From contig CM059430.1 in assembly GCA_030390025.1 (NCBI GenBank), forward strand, positions 73,222,001-73,286,000: a DNA stretch of 64,000 nt. Direction: 5' to 3'. A program made the translations under genes and the position numbers. The stretch is from Squalus acanthias. Lineage: Eukaryota. Shown piece after piece: positions 46,592-60,134 of this stretch (position 1 is its first letter; each line of letters begins with the position of its first letter). The notes below the pieces were generated by a model. The model was not told the origin of the DNA. It did not search any database and saw nothing but the letters and a program-made list of their open reading frames with translations.

Positions 46592-49500
46592 AGCGAAAGC
46601 ATAGTGGTTATGTTACTGGGCTAGTAATCCAGAGTCCTGGGTAAGTAATCCAGTAGACGTGAGTTGAAACCCCACCACGACAGCTGGGGAATTTAAATTC
46701 AGTTATTTAAATAAATCTGCAATTTAAAAAAAAAGCTAGTATCAGTAAAGTGAAACATGAATCTTTCGGATTTTCGTAAAAGCCCATCAAGTTCATTAAT
46801 GTCCTTTAGGGGAGGACATCTACAATGCTTACCTGATCTGACCAGTATATGTGGTCCAGTCCCACAAAATTGTGGTTGACTCTTAACTGCCCTCTGAAAT
46901 GGCCGCGCAACCCACGTAGATAAGCCAGTATGAAAAACAATCATAAGAACAAAAACGAAAGGTCCACCCGGCATCGAGCTAGGCATTGGTTTTGGACACG
47001 ACACGACAGTCCAGTCGACCCTGCAAAGTCCTCCTCATCAATATATGGGGACTTGTGCCAAAATTGAGACAGATGTCCCACAGAGTAGTCAAGCTGTCAT
47101 ACTCACAGAATCATACCTTTCAGCGAGCGTCCCAGACATCTCCAGAAAAATGCCTGGGTATGTCCATAATGTCCTGTCCCACCATCGGGTCAGACCCAAC
47201 AGAGGTGGCGGCACAGTGTATCGTCCATGTTGAACAGCACTTGGAAGAAGCACAAAGGGCACAGAATATAATCTGGGTGGAGGAATTCAATATCCATCAC
47301 CAAGATTGGCTCTGTAGCACCAGTACTGACCGAGATGACCGAGTCCTGAAGGGCATAACTGCTAGACTGGGCAGGTGATGAGAGAGCCAGCAGGAGGGAA
47401 AACCCTACCTGAGCTCGAGCCAGCTGCATATGTATATGACAGTATTGCTGGCAGTGACCACTGCATAGTCCTTTGGAGTTGAATCCCGTCTTCAAACTGA
47501 GGACACCCTCTATCCTGTTGTGTAGCACTACCACCGTGCTACAAGGGATAGATTCAGAACATATATAGCAGCTTAAAACTGGGCATCCATGAGGCTCTGT
47601 GGGCCATCAGCAGCAGCAACATGTTGTACCACCACAATCTGTAACCTCGTGGCCTGGAATATCGCTCACTCTACCATTACCATTACCATCAAGCTAGGGG
47701 ACAAACCCTGGGTGAATGAGGAGTGCCGAAGATCATGCCAGGAGCAGCACCAGGCGTACCTAAAAATGAGGTACCAACCTGTGGAAGCTGCAACAGGCTA
47801 GTCAGCGGGAGCAGCATGCTACAGACAGATCCAACAACCAACGGATCAGATCAAAGCTCTGCCGTCCTGTTACATCCAGTCGTGAATGGTGGTGGACCAT
47901 TAAACAACTAACGGGCTAAGGAGGCTCCATGATTATCCCCATCCTCAATGATAGAGGAGCCCAACACGCAAGTACAAAAGACAAGGTTGAAGCGTTTGCA
48001 ACCATTTTCAGCCAGAAGTGCCGAGTGGATGATACATTTCGACCTCTTCCTGAGATCCCCAGCATCACAGAATCCCGTCCTCAACCAATTCGATTAACCC
48101 CACGTGAGAGAATGAAACGGCTTAGCGCACTGAATGCCACAAAGGCTCTGGGTCCCAACAACATCCGGGCTCTCGTGCTGAAGACTTGTCCTCCAGAATT
48201 GCTGCGCCCCAACCCAAGCTGTTCCAGCACAGCTTCAACACTGGCATCTATGCGACAATGTGGAAAACTTCCCAGGTATGTCCTGTCCACAAGAAGCAGG
48301 ACAAATCCAATCCAACCAATTAACGCCCAATCAGTCGACTATCAATCATCAGCAAAGTGATGGAAGGTGTCGTCGACAGTGCTGTCAATCGGTGCATACT
48401 CAGCAATAACCTGCTCAGTTTTAGTTCCACCAGGACCACACAGCTGTAGAACTCATTTGGCCTTTGTGCAAACATGACAAACGAGGTGAGGTGAGAGTGA
48501 CTGCCGTTGACATCAAGGCATCCTTTGACCAAATATAGCATTTAGGAAATTGAAATCAACGGGTATTAGGGGAAGAACTCGCTACTGGCTAGAGTCACGC
48601 CTGGCACCTGATTAAACATTCAGTACCTGCACCATCGGCGTGCCGTGCCTGCAGTGTGTAGAATCTACAAGATGCACTGCAGCAACTCGACAAGGCTTCT
48701 GAAGCATCAGCTTCCAACCACGCGACCTCTTCCAACTAGAAGGACAAGTGCAGCAGGCACTTGGGAACGCCACCACCTCCAAAGTTGCCTGCAAATCAAA
48801 AACCATCCTGACTTGGAAGTATATCGTGTCTCCTTCATCGTCGCTGGGTCAAAATCGTGGAACTCCCTCCCTAACAGCACTGTGGGATTACCTTCACCAC
48901 ACTGATTGCAGCGATTCAAGAAGTAGCTCACCACCACCTTCTCAAGGGCAACTAGGAATGGGCAATAAATGCAGGCCTTGCCAGCGACGCCCACATCCCA
49001 TGAACGAATACAAACATAGGGAGATGGTTGTGGTTGTTGGGAGGCCAATCATCTCAACCTCAAGACATCACTGCAAGTTTTCGTCATGGCAGTGTCCTAG
49101 GCCAACCATCTACAGCTGTATCAACAATAACGTTCTCTCCAACATAAGGTCAGAAGTGGGTATGTTCGTTCAAGATTTCACAGTATTTAGTTCCTGTCAC
49201 CACTCCTAAGATAATGAAGCAGTCCATGCCCGCGTACAAGAAGACCTGGACAACATTCAGCTTGAGCTTATAAGCGGCTAGCAGCATTCGCAGCACACAA
49301 GTGTCAGGCATTACCGTCGCGAACACGATAGATTCTAACCAACTCGGCTTAGCATTACAATCGTTGAATCCCGCAACATCCATATCCTGGGGGTCAACAT
49401 TGATCAGAAACTTAACTGAACAAACCACAAAAACAATATAGCTCTCACAACAGGTCAGAGGCTGAGTATTCTACGGCGGGAGACTCAACTCCTGTCTCTC

Positions 49501-50015
49501 CAAAGCCTTTGCAAGATCTTCAATGCACAAGTCAGGAATGTAATGGGATACTCTCCACTTGCTTGGATGAGTGCAGTTCCAATAATACTCTAGAAGCTAG
49601 ACACCATCCAAGCGAAAGCAGCCCGCTTGATTGGCACACCATACTTCACCTTAAACATTCAATCCCACCATCACCGACGCACCGTGGCTGCAGTGTGTAC
49701 CATCAACAAGATGTGCTGCAGCAACTCGCCAATGCTCCTTCGACAGAACCTCCCAAACACACGACCACTACCACCTAGAAGGACAAGGGTAGCAGCCGCA
49801 TGGGAACACCACCACATGCAAGTTCTCCTGAAAGTCACACAACATCCTGACTTGGAAATATATCATTATTCCTTCATCGTCACTGGGTCAACATCCTTGA
49901 ATTCCCTCCCTATCTATGGGATTACCTTCATCTCACAGACTGTAGCGGTTCAAGAAGCTGGCTCACCGCCTCCTTCTCAAGGGCAACTAGCCAATAATTT
50001 CTGTCCTTGCCAGTG
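46592..50015 (+). mobile_element. Degenerate APE-RT LINE (distinct from HER1) with a tRNA-derived 5' head; a 3' fragment of the same family is nested at ~48609-49012
   Basis: Pol III A/B-box-like head, then LLINIWGLVPKL, EEFNIHH, KDKVEAFATIFSQKCRVDD, CTINKMCCSNSP. Homologous to 57075-59225. Confidence 0.85.
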
Positions 50016-50029
50016 GCTCTCTTTGAAAA

Positions 50030-52625
50030 TCCTTATTCTGTAACGGCCACTCAAATATCACACCCATTGTCTCAATGAGATATCTTCTCTGCTTTCCTCC
50101 CTCTGTCACTGAACCAAGTGACTATTCATCCTCGGTGATTTCAACGTTCATCTAAACTCATCTTGCTCCGTATCCTTTGAGTTCACTGGCCTCCTTCGCT
50201 CCCTTAATCTCTCCCTTCATGTCAACTCCCCTACCTATATACTTGGCTACTTCCTCGATCTTATATCTCACGCGAGCTCGCTATCCACTCCTTAACCACT
50301 ACCGATAAGGCAACCTCCTACCATTTACTTATATTCCTCTCTACCCATATTCCCCATTCCCCCTCCTAAACCAACTTCTTTTCGTATCTGCCGCAGGACA
50401 AATCTCTCACTCCAGTCCTTCACCACTGCACATTCTAATTCCCAACTTCCTAGTCTTTGGCCTAATATTCTTCATGACAACTTTTCAGCTGCAGCCTTAC
50501 TATATCACACACTCTCCACCACCTTTGATGAGCATGTCTCCACTAAGATCATTGCACTTTCACACGCTTGTCGTGCCTCCTGGTATACCCCTCATCTCGG
50601 CTCCCTTAAGTCCAAGGGTTAAAGAATTGAACGTCTTTGGTAGACAACTGGCCTAATCTTCCATCACCAGATTTAGCCAGATCATATAAAGCACTTGCAG
50701 GTCCTGCTCTCCATAACTAAACCGCCCATTATTCTAAGATCATCCAGGACAGCCAAAATAACAGCAAGCTTCACTTCTCCACCACTAACCGTATTCCCAA
50801 ACCAGCCTCCCCTGCCTCCTCCTCCCTCACCTTTAACAATAAGTGTGAGGAGCTCAGGGACTTCTTTGTTAAGAAGATCGACAACAGCCGTTCCACTGCC
50901 TCAACTACTTCCCTCCATCCCCCTGTCCACCGGACCCTAGTACCTCTCAGCTTTCTCCCTGCCTATCCCTAAAATTGCATGTTTGCCTACTTTCTCTCCC
51001 ATATACTCCCTGGCCCTTTCAAAGCTCAACTGGTCAATGAGACCGACCTCCTTCTCTCTCGACACTATTCCTACTTATTTGTTGACAACCCAACTTTCTT
51101 TCCTGGCTCGCATTTTAGCGGATATTGCTAACGATTCTTTCTCCTCCGTTGTTGTCCCCCTTTCCTTCAAATCTGCAATCATCACCCGCCTCCTCAAAAA
51201 GCCAATCCTCGTCCCATCTGTCCTTGTAAACTATTGTGTCATCTACAACCTCCCTTTCCTCCCCAAAGTTCTTGAACGTGTTGTCGCCTCCGAAATCCAT
51301 GCCCATCTTACCCAGAACTCCCTGAAATCAGGCTTCCCCCCTTATCACAGGACTGAAACTGCTCTTACAAAGGTCACAAATGACATCCTAATTGATTGCA
51401 ACAAAGATAATCTATCCGTTCACTTCCCCCTGGATATCTGCAGCCTTTGACACAGGTGACCACGAAATTCTGCTCCAACGCCCCTCCGCCGTCGTCAAGC
51501 TGGATGGGACTGCACCTAACTGGTTTTATTCCTAGGTTTCCAACAGTAACCATAGAATCACACGCAATGTCTTCTCTTCCCTATCCCGCATTGTTACATC
51601 CGGTGTCCCCAAGGATCTATCCTTGGCCCCCTCCTATTTCTCAGCAAATGCTGCCCCTTAGTGACATCGTTCAGTAACACAATATGAGTTTTCACATGTA
51701 GGCGGATGATAAACAGCTCTACCTCTACTCCACCTCTCTTGAACCCTCCAAACATCTCTATACTATCAGGGTGCTTCTCCGACATCCAGCACTGGATGAG
51801 CAGAAGTTTCCTCCAGTTAAATATCGGGAAGACCGAAGCCATTGTCTTCGGTACACACCTCAAACTCCATACCCGATCTCTCTCCCCGGCAAGTTTCTAA
51901 GGCTGATGAAGTTTTTTTAGCAACCATGGTGTCATATTTCATCATGATTTGAACTTCCTTCCTCATCTCCGTTCTATCACTAAGACTGACCATTTCCACC
52001 ACCGGAATGTCAACCGCCTCTGCCCTTACCTCAACTTATCTGCGGTTGAAACCCTCATCAATACCTTTATCACCTCGAGACTTGACTATTCCAAAATGCT
52101 CCTGGACGGCTTCCCTTGTTGTAGCGTCAATAAATTTGAGGTCATCCAAAACTCTGACGCCCATGTGCTAACTTGTACCTTTCCCACTCACAAAGCTCCA
52201 CTGTGCTTGCTGACCTACATTGGACCCTAGTTAAGCAACGCCTCGACTTTAAAATTCAAATCCTGTATTCAAATCCCCCCATAACCTCGCCACTCCTTAT
52301 CTCTGTAATCTCCGACAGCATTATAAGCCCTCTAGAACTCTGCGCTCTACCTATTCTATATTTGTGACCATCCCCGATTTTAAATGCTCCACCGCTGGTG
52401 GTCGTGCCTTCAGCTGCCTAGTTTCAGTTCTGGAATACCCTCTCTAATTCTCTTTCCTCCTTTGAGACCCACCTTAAAACCTACCTCTTCGACCAAGCTT
52501 CCTGTCACGTGCCATAACATCTCCTTATATGGCTTTATATCTTTTTTTTATAACTATCATTTGAAGCGCCTTGGGAAATTTATTATATTAAAGTGCTATA
52601 TAAATGTAAGTTGTTTTTCTTGTTG
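50030..52625 (+). mobile_element. L2 LINE (about 2.6 kb, endonuclease to tail)
   Basis: ILGDFNVH, NLPFLPKVLERVV, HRTETALTKVTNDIL, LQLNIGKTE, SRLDYS, tail GTGCTATATAAATGTAAG. Confidence 0.92.
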
Positions 52626-52908
52626 TTATTACTGAAAATGGTTTTATATCTGTACCCTCACTATCCAGAAACACAAAACTGGAGGAAAGGTTGCACAATA
52701 CTTAAAACACTGAGACCATTTACCATTTATGGTACCTGATTTTACCTCCATCTCAGACGGATATAATAAACGGCTGTTTTTATTAGACTGGCTGTACGTA
52801 TTCCAAGTGTAGTTTAGCGTGATCAACATGATTCAGCTGCTCATGCGCAAAGCTGCGTGCCACGGAAGTTTCTCACGAACAGCGCCAAAGAGGGAGACTG
52901 CTGTGAAC

Positions 52909-52963
52909 ATGGAAACTACGGCAGTGGGATCTCATCTTGTGATTGGCATCATTGTTCTCACAG
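52909..52963 (+). pseudogene. Leader-like exon with a dead donor
   Basis: METTAVGSHLVIGIIVLT then G|GAAAGA (one base from GTAAGA); same 55-nt size and phase as exon 1 of the intact gene; ETS site CGGAAGT at 52863. Confidence 0.4.
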
Positions 52964-53240
52964 GAAAGATGGACCTTCAATCTACTGGTAATTATCGATA
53001 TACAGCAACAGTTAATTTTTATTCATGGAACTGCGATGGGGAAAATAGAAAGATGCTTCATTCCACAACACTTGATAACAGCGATATAATAATATAATAT
53101 AATCTAGCACATCAAACTAATGATTACAATAGACTATATGCGGATTCGCTTACAGTGGGCTCTCTAACATCGATAAAAGATAATTTTGAGTAGTTTTTGT
53201 ATCCACAAATTTACTGTTATGTCAAATTAAAAGGTCTAAT

Positions 53241-53372
53241 TTCAACGAAGGTCATCGACCTGAAACGTTAACTCTGTTTCTCTCTCCGCAGATGCTGCCT
53301 GACCTGCTGAGTATTTCGAGCATTTTCTGTTAATATTTAAGATTTCTAGCATCCGCAGTATTTTGCTTTTGT
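53241..53372 (+). mobile_element. Solo Penelope pseudo-LTR with degenerate hammerhead
   Basis: TCAACGA-AGGTC-ATC-GACCT-GAAACGTT then CAGATGCTGCCTGACCTGCTGAG. Confidence 0.72.
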
Positions 53373-53579
53373 ATAGCTCGAATTCTTTGTCTTGCACAGA
53401 ATTGCTCATTTTCATTCATGTCTTCTGGCCCTAGCAACACAGTTTACTCTAAATAATCTGATTATATTCACATCAGTTGAGCCATTTGAGAACAATATGC
53501 TACTTTGCATCAATACTGCACTACATCGGCGTCTTTTTTTCTTTAAGTTTCTTACAACCAACTATAAATATTTCGTTCT

Positions 53580-53900
53580 GGTTGGTGACACAGGCATGCA
53601 TGAGGGTTTCAGTAGCAGATGGGTTGACGTAGAGGTGGAGGTGGTTCACCACTACTTTAACAGGTGCTACCTGCCTTTAGCTGCCGTCTGTGATACACTT
53701 TTCAAGCCCGCCCTCTCCAAACAGCCAATCAATAGAGTGGGTAGCGCAGTCTGCAGGTCGGATTCATTACAATCAGTTGCCAGCAGCAATTTCACGTGTT
53801 GCCTGTGGCCAGTGGAAACATTACCAGATAACCAGTGATTTACTTTGCAGGAAGCTTGAATATGCGTTGAAACCATTGAACGAGAGTATACCTCAGCCAA
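53580..53900 (+). pseudogene. Possible heavily decayed Ig V exon
   Basis: Frame-shifted motifs in V-domain order and spacing: LVTQ..VSVADG, GRI, SNFT..L.PVE, D...IYF. Confidence 0.35.
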
Positions 53901-53943
53901 TAGCGGAATTACATCACAGAGCCGGGCGTTGTACAAACAGATT

Positions 53944-54602
53944 GGGCCGGTAATTCCGATCCCTACGGTGGGGACACGCTGTGTACCCACCCGCAGGGAC
54001 ATCGGAAATGGCGGTTTCAGGCATGCACTGCGCATGCGCTGGAAACCGGCATTTTCGATCTTTAAAGAAAGCTCTTACAATTCTTGCATCTGATAAAAGC
54101 AGGCGTAAGGGCTGCTTTTACCAGGATAAGAGTTGATTTCTTTTTATTTCACTAATTTATCATTTAAAAATACTTTAAACAAAGGTAAGCTTATTTTTAA
54201 CACCGTAAAAAACTTTAATTTTTTTTGGAAACATTAAAAAAATGTTCTAAAATAGTTAATTAATTGTACTTACAAGTCATTTAAAAATGTGATGCGTTTT
54301 TTAATTTTTTTTTAAAGTTTTACTCTGTTTTGGGGTGATCTCCATTCATATATTTGACAGGTCTTCCTGTCAAATGTATAAAGGGAGATTCCCTTCTTTG
54401 ATTGGCTCTCCATGGCCCACGGGATCGCAATGACGCTGCGAACTTCCTGCGCCTCTGGGATACGTGGGCCCTGCAGATCCCCAGTTTGGAGAGGCCCAGC
54501 ATCGGAACTGTGCGCCTCCCGGGAGCCCTCAGATAAGGGCGCAGATTTTTCCAGATCGAAGTCCTCCGCCCGCGGGAGGCCTGCGATCGGAAAATACGAG
54601 CC
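53944..54602. mobile_element. Full-length Harbinger-type MITE
   Basis: TIRs GGGCCGGTAATTCCGATC / GATCGGAAAATACGAGCC; TSD ATT/ATT. Confidence 0.9.
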
Positions 54603-54985
54603 ATTATGGTTAAAAGTAAATCAAATTCTGATACGAAGAGAAACCATTTTTATCACTCATACTGATTTTGGCGCGAACGGTTGGACCAAAACGGAGGGGC
54701 TATTTTACTATGTATTCACCCTGTGCTACTGGCACATTGAACACCAGCTTTACTTATAACTTAAGGTTGGTGCATTGCCTTTAGGAAGTCGGGACGTGAA
54801 ACAGTCATCACCGAGTAAGCAGTCTCTGACCTGCAGTAGTAGCTATCGCATTCATGTGGTTTGTGCAGTTGAGTAACTGGTCAATGATTTCCCACCAGAT
54901 GTTGATTGTGGGGGATTGGGCGATGGTAATGTTATTGAATTTCATGGAGAGGTGGTTAGTCAATCTCAACACGGACATAGTAATT

Positions 54986-55763
54986 GGCCCGTACTTTGCG
55001 GCCAGCTTTGAAGCAAAGGCGTTCGCCACTGGCCCCTAAGAACATTGCTCACAGGGATCTCGCGATCTCTGTGGTGAAGTGTTTGGCTTATTCGACGTGC
55101 AATTCAGATCAGTGTTTTGCAGTGAGAATCCCACAGTCTGAGCTTCTGTGACGTCATATACCTGTCCAAAAAGTCAATCACATTGCAGAGTTCGCATAGA
55201 CAGGACACCAGCAGGTGAACAATTTGCTTTTATTCTGACTTTTTCCAAATTGTGTAAAGAGCAAAGCAAAGATAGGTGCTCCCACACGGGGAAAAGGTAA
55301 ACCTGAAATAAATACGGAGATACTTTTATCAAATATGTATTTATAAAGTTTCTTAAAATTGTAATTTTTATTATAATGAGATATTTGAAACTCCACAAAA
55401 GTAAAATTCAGTTTTTAGGGCGTTTGACGTTTGTTTGGCAGTCAAAACGCTTTTAAAACCCCAGTTACACTTAATCCAACAAGGCCTAACATTTAATGGC
55501 GAGTTAACAGCAATATTTCCGCGGAAAAGCCCAGGTTTGGTCATTCGCACTCATTTCCCTGATTACTCTGATTGTTGGCTATGGCAGGTGGGCGGGGGCC
55601 CACAGCGCAACCAGTGTCGGAGCAGTGAATGACTGAACGCAACTTCAGGATTTCCGCGTTAAAGTGCGCATGCGCTATATCCTGAAGTTGCGGTCAGTAT
55701 CAAAGAGGTAATAACATCGAGAGTTGTTCGTTCGCTGTTATTACCCACCGCAACATCCGGGCC
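54986..55763. mobile_element. Harbinger-type MITE inserted in a minus-strand LINE fragment (~54780-55810)
   Basis: TIRs GGCCCGTACTTTGCGG / CCGCAACATCCGGGCC; TSD ATT/ATT; host similar to 57660-57870. Confidence 0.85.
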
Positions 55764-57074
55764 ATTGCCTCGTACAGTGTGACGCCAATGTTACATGCAA
55801 CTTATCCAAAGCAAGGATTTTTTTCCAATTCTTACTCCACCCGCATGGATTGCTTCGTTATCTGATCCGTTGAGAGACTTAACTTAAAAATTGGACGGGC
55901 GGATGGACAACAAACTGTCAGCAAATCAAAAAAATAGATGCCTATGATGCTGTACACGTGAAAATCTAGTTTAACTATATAAAGGATGCATCGATCATCG
56001 AAACAGAAAATAAGAAGAGCAGTCACCGGTAAAGAAGAAATCGTGAAGACAACTGAACTCGCAAGACACGGGACATGGTCAACCTGTCGTACTCGAGTAT
56101 CACTCCCCAGACAAAGGCGGTATAATTATTAATGTGGGAAACTCTCTCTTTAATTACTGATACATGGTTACATTGATTCACTATTATTCCTGTGCATCTT
56201 TTTTTAATACGTACAGACAGAACGTATTAAATCCGTGGAAAAGTAAAACCCCACATCATGCAATATGGTCTCTCTTCTTTGGAACTCAATTACTGGGATT
56301 TCCCGATTAGGTTTGCTGCTTGCGTAGATTGTGTTTTGAAGAACCTCTCCAAGACATTGATCGTTTAATTAAGGTGGTTCTTCAGCCCTGCCGGAGCACG
56401 CCGTCACTCTCTCTTAACAACCTGACACCAGCTTGCGGCCTTGGGCCCCACGCTGCTCCCACTTAGCTTGAACTTGGGACCTTGGAGCTGCGTTCAATTT
56501 GGGCCTCAGACTCCGTACTAGGGCCCCTTTTAGATTGCACGTGTCAGTTCATATTCGGGGTACATGAAATGCAGCATTCCACCCCGTTCCGGCTTCCGAT
56601 TTAGATTCAAGCCTGTTGTGCTTCAACACAACGTGACGTGCTGCTTCTCGGAAACTCAAGATGACAATGCTGTGATCAAGCAGGAATGCACATAATGATG
56701 CAACACTTTCCTTACCCATTGCACTTGTTGCGATCCAAGAGACACATTGACTGGATAATTAACGATATCAATGCTCTACCAAACATTATTTCTTTGGAAT
56801 ATTCCCATTTCCATGCTTGTCAAGTTAACCCGTAGTTTGAATATAATCAAGATCTTAAACATAAAATCTAGAGATCATGGGTGGACCGATATCTTCCTGC
56901 ATTTGTCGGGGTTAGAACGAAGCGCGAGTCAAACCCTACGATTTTCTACTTCTTCTGAATCGTTTCGCACCAACTTGTGCTTCGATTATATCTCTCCAGA
57001 CAGTGGAACAGAGCTATTGTTTCTGATTGGCAGGTGGTCGTATATGAGGGCACTTAGCAATGTTTTACTTATCT

Positions 57075-59225
57075 TAATTCGTCTTTTATGGGATGTGGGC
57101 GTTGCTGGCAATGCCAGCATTTATTGCCCATCCCTAATTGACCTTCAGAAGGTAGTTGTGAGCCGCCTTCTTGAAACAATGCAGTCCGTGTGGTGAAGGT
57201 CGTATCACAGTGCTGTTAAGGAGGGAGTTCCATGATTGTGACCCAGCGACGATGGAGGATCGGCGATATACTTCTAAGTCAGGATGATGTGTAATTGGAG
57301 GGGTTCTTGGAGGCGGTGGTGTTGCTATGCCCCTGCTGTCCTTGTCCTTGTAGCAGGAGGAAGTTGGGATTTGTGAGGTGATGCCAAAGCAGCCTTGGTG
57401 AGTTGCTGCAGTGCATCTTGTCGATGGTACACACTGCAGCCATGGTAAGACGGTGGTGTAGGGAGTGAATGTTTAAGGTGATGGATGGGGTGTCAATCAA
57501 GCGGGCTGCTTTGTCCTGGTTGGTGTCAAGCTGCTTGAGTGTTGTTGGAGTGGTATTTATCCAAGCAAGTGGAGACTTTTGCATCACACTCCTTATTTGT
57601 GGCTTGTAGATTGTGGAAAGACTTTGGGGAGTCAGGAGGTGAGACATTCGCCGCAGAATACCTAGAATCTGACCTGCTCTTGTTGCCACAATATTTATGC
57701 AGCTGGTCCAGTTAAGTTCCCGATCAATGGTGAGCCCCAGGATGTTGATGGCGGGGGATTCGGCGATGGTAATGCCGTTCAATGTCAAGGGGCTGTGGTT
57801 AGACTCTCGCTTCAAGTAGATAATCATTACCTCGCACTTCTTGGCTTGAATGTTACCTGCCACTTATTAGCCCAAGACTGAACGTCGTCCAGGTCTTCTT
57901 GCTTGCGGGCATGGAATACTTCATTATCTGAGGAGTTGTGAAAGGTGCTGAACACTGTGCACTCATCAGCGAACGTCCCCATATCTGACCTTATGTTGGA
58001 GGGAAGTTAATTGATGAAGCAGCTGAAGATGGTTGGGCCTACGACGCTGTCCTGAGGAACTTCTGCAACGATGCCCTGGGACTGTGATGATTGACCTTCA
58101 ACCATCACAGCCAACTTCGTTTATGCTAGGTATGACTCCAGCCAGTGGAGTATTTCACCCCCAATTTCCATTTACTTCAGTTTTTCTAGGGCTCATTGAT
58201 GCCACTCTCGGTCAAATGCTGCCTTGATATCAAGGGCAGTAACTCTCACCTCACCTATGGAATTTAGCTCCTTTGCCCATGTATCGTCCAAGGGAGCCGA
58301 GTGGTCTTGGTGGAACCCAAACTGGGCATATTTGAACAGGTCATTGATGAGTAAGTGCCGCTTGATAGCACAGTTGACGACACCTTCCATCAGTTTGCTG
58401 ATGATTGAGAGTAGACTCATGCGGCGGTAATTGGCCGTTTTGGATTTGTCCTGCTTTTTGTGGACAAGACATACCTTGGCAGTTTTCCGCATTGTTTGAC
58501 AGATGCCAGTGTTGTAGCTGTACTGGAACAGCTTGGCTAGAGGGGCGGCTAGTTCTGGAGCACAAGTCTTCAGCACGATAGCCGGGATGTTGGCGGGGCC
58601 CATAGCCTTTGCTGTATCCAGTGCGCTCAGTTCTTTTTTGATATAACGTGGAGTGACTCGAATTGGCTGAAGACTGCCTTCTTTGATGGTGGGGACCTCA
58701 GGAGTAGGCCGATATGGATCATCCACTCGGCACTTCTGGCTGAAGATGTTTGTAAACGCTTCAGCCTTGTCTTTTGCACTCACGTGCAAGGCACCACCAT
58801 CATTGAGGATGGAGACATTAATGGAGCCTCTTCCTCACGTTAGTTGTTTAATGTTCAAACACCACTCACAAGTGGACGTGGTAGGTCTGCAGAGCTTTGA
58901 ACTCATCTGTTGATTGTGGAATCGCTTAGCCCTATCTATATCATGTTGCCTCCCCTTTTTAGCATGCATGTTGTCCTGTGTTGCAGCCTACCAGCTTGGC
59001 ACCTCATTTTTAGGTTCGCCTGGTGCTGCTCCTTGCAAGCTCTTCTACATTCCTTATTGAACCAAGGTTGGTCCCCTGGCTCCTTGGTAATGGTAGAGTG
59101 AGGGATATGCCAAGCCATGAGTTTACAGATTTTAATGGAATGCAATTCTGCTGCTGCTGATGGCACACAGCGCCTCATGGATGCCAAGTTTTGAGCTGTT
59201 GATCTGTTCTGAGTCTATAGCGTTT
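57075..59225 (-). mobile_element. APE-RT LINE, same family as 46592-50015, 5'-truncated
   Basis: KAMGPANIP, QFGFHQDHS, ALDIKAAFDREWH, ILGLTIDRELNW; tail GCCCACATCCCAT. Confidence 0.9.
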
Positions 59226-60134
59226 AGCAAGGTATGCATACAGCCAATGAATTGAATGCATACTTCGCTGAAATGATCAGGTGACCCACAGCTGTCATTT
59301 GCATTAATGGCCAACATCATCCAATTTTTGCAGCAGAGTCCGCATCCGGAATATATTAGTGACTGGGTATTTCAGTTGCATTGATTTCTGTTACAGTTTC
59401 AAAAGAAACCCTATCTCGATCGACGGTAACACTCTGCACAATTGGAAACTTTTCATTATTCTTCCTTCGTCCAATGATAAATAAAGCAGCATTTGAATCA
59501 TTTCCAGGTGAATATGCCGTTTCGTTCCTGAGAATTTAAGTGATTTTTTAGACGATGGATTGTCTTATTAATAATTTGTTCTTCAAAATAATAAGGTTCA
59601 GAATTTCACAGGTAAATATTCTCAGATTTATTATGCCTCTGATCATAACTATTATCCACATTAATTAAACATACACTTAACTGCAGAACTTATGAAAAGT
59701 GTTGGGAGTTTACTGGACAATCTACTCACTTTAACAGTTAAAATGTAGGCTGTTGACACGTCATCCAATTAGGAGGTCTCTTTCCAAGCAACTACTCTTT
59801 TGTACTATTTTTTTCGAATCCTGTTATGTTTCAGCATTACCTAATGTTATCTTCATGTCCCATGTCAATGACTTCAGTTTTACACACTCTGATTGATCTG
59901 TCAATCAAATCATGAAGTATTTTCATGAATTAACCGGAGCCTTTTTTTTAACACTCATATGCGGTGATTGTTTTCCATCTCAGTAGGCATTATTCCTTTC
60001 GTTTTATGTATCAATATAACCAACTTTAACTTTACAAACATTATTCAACTGCCAAACCTCTCTCATTTCCACGTGAAGTAAAAAGACGAATAATGCACAA
60101 GATGCCGTTCCATTTACATGCCCAGTCGCACCTA

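Noticed and set aside
55845-56120. Possible decayed C1 exon (C...DP...LT*KLDG, GTWSTCR)
   Set aside because: Cys spacing is about 78 codons versus 57 in the intact C1, and the motifs are too weak.
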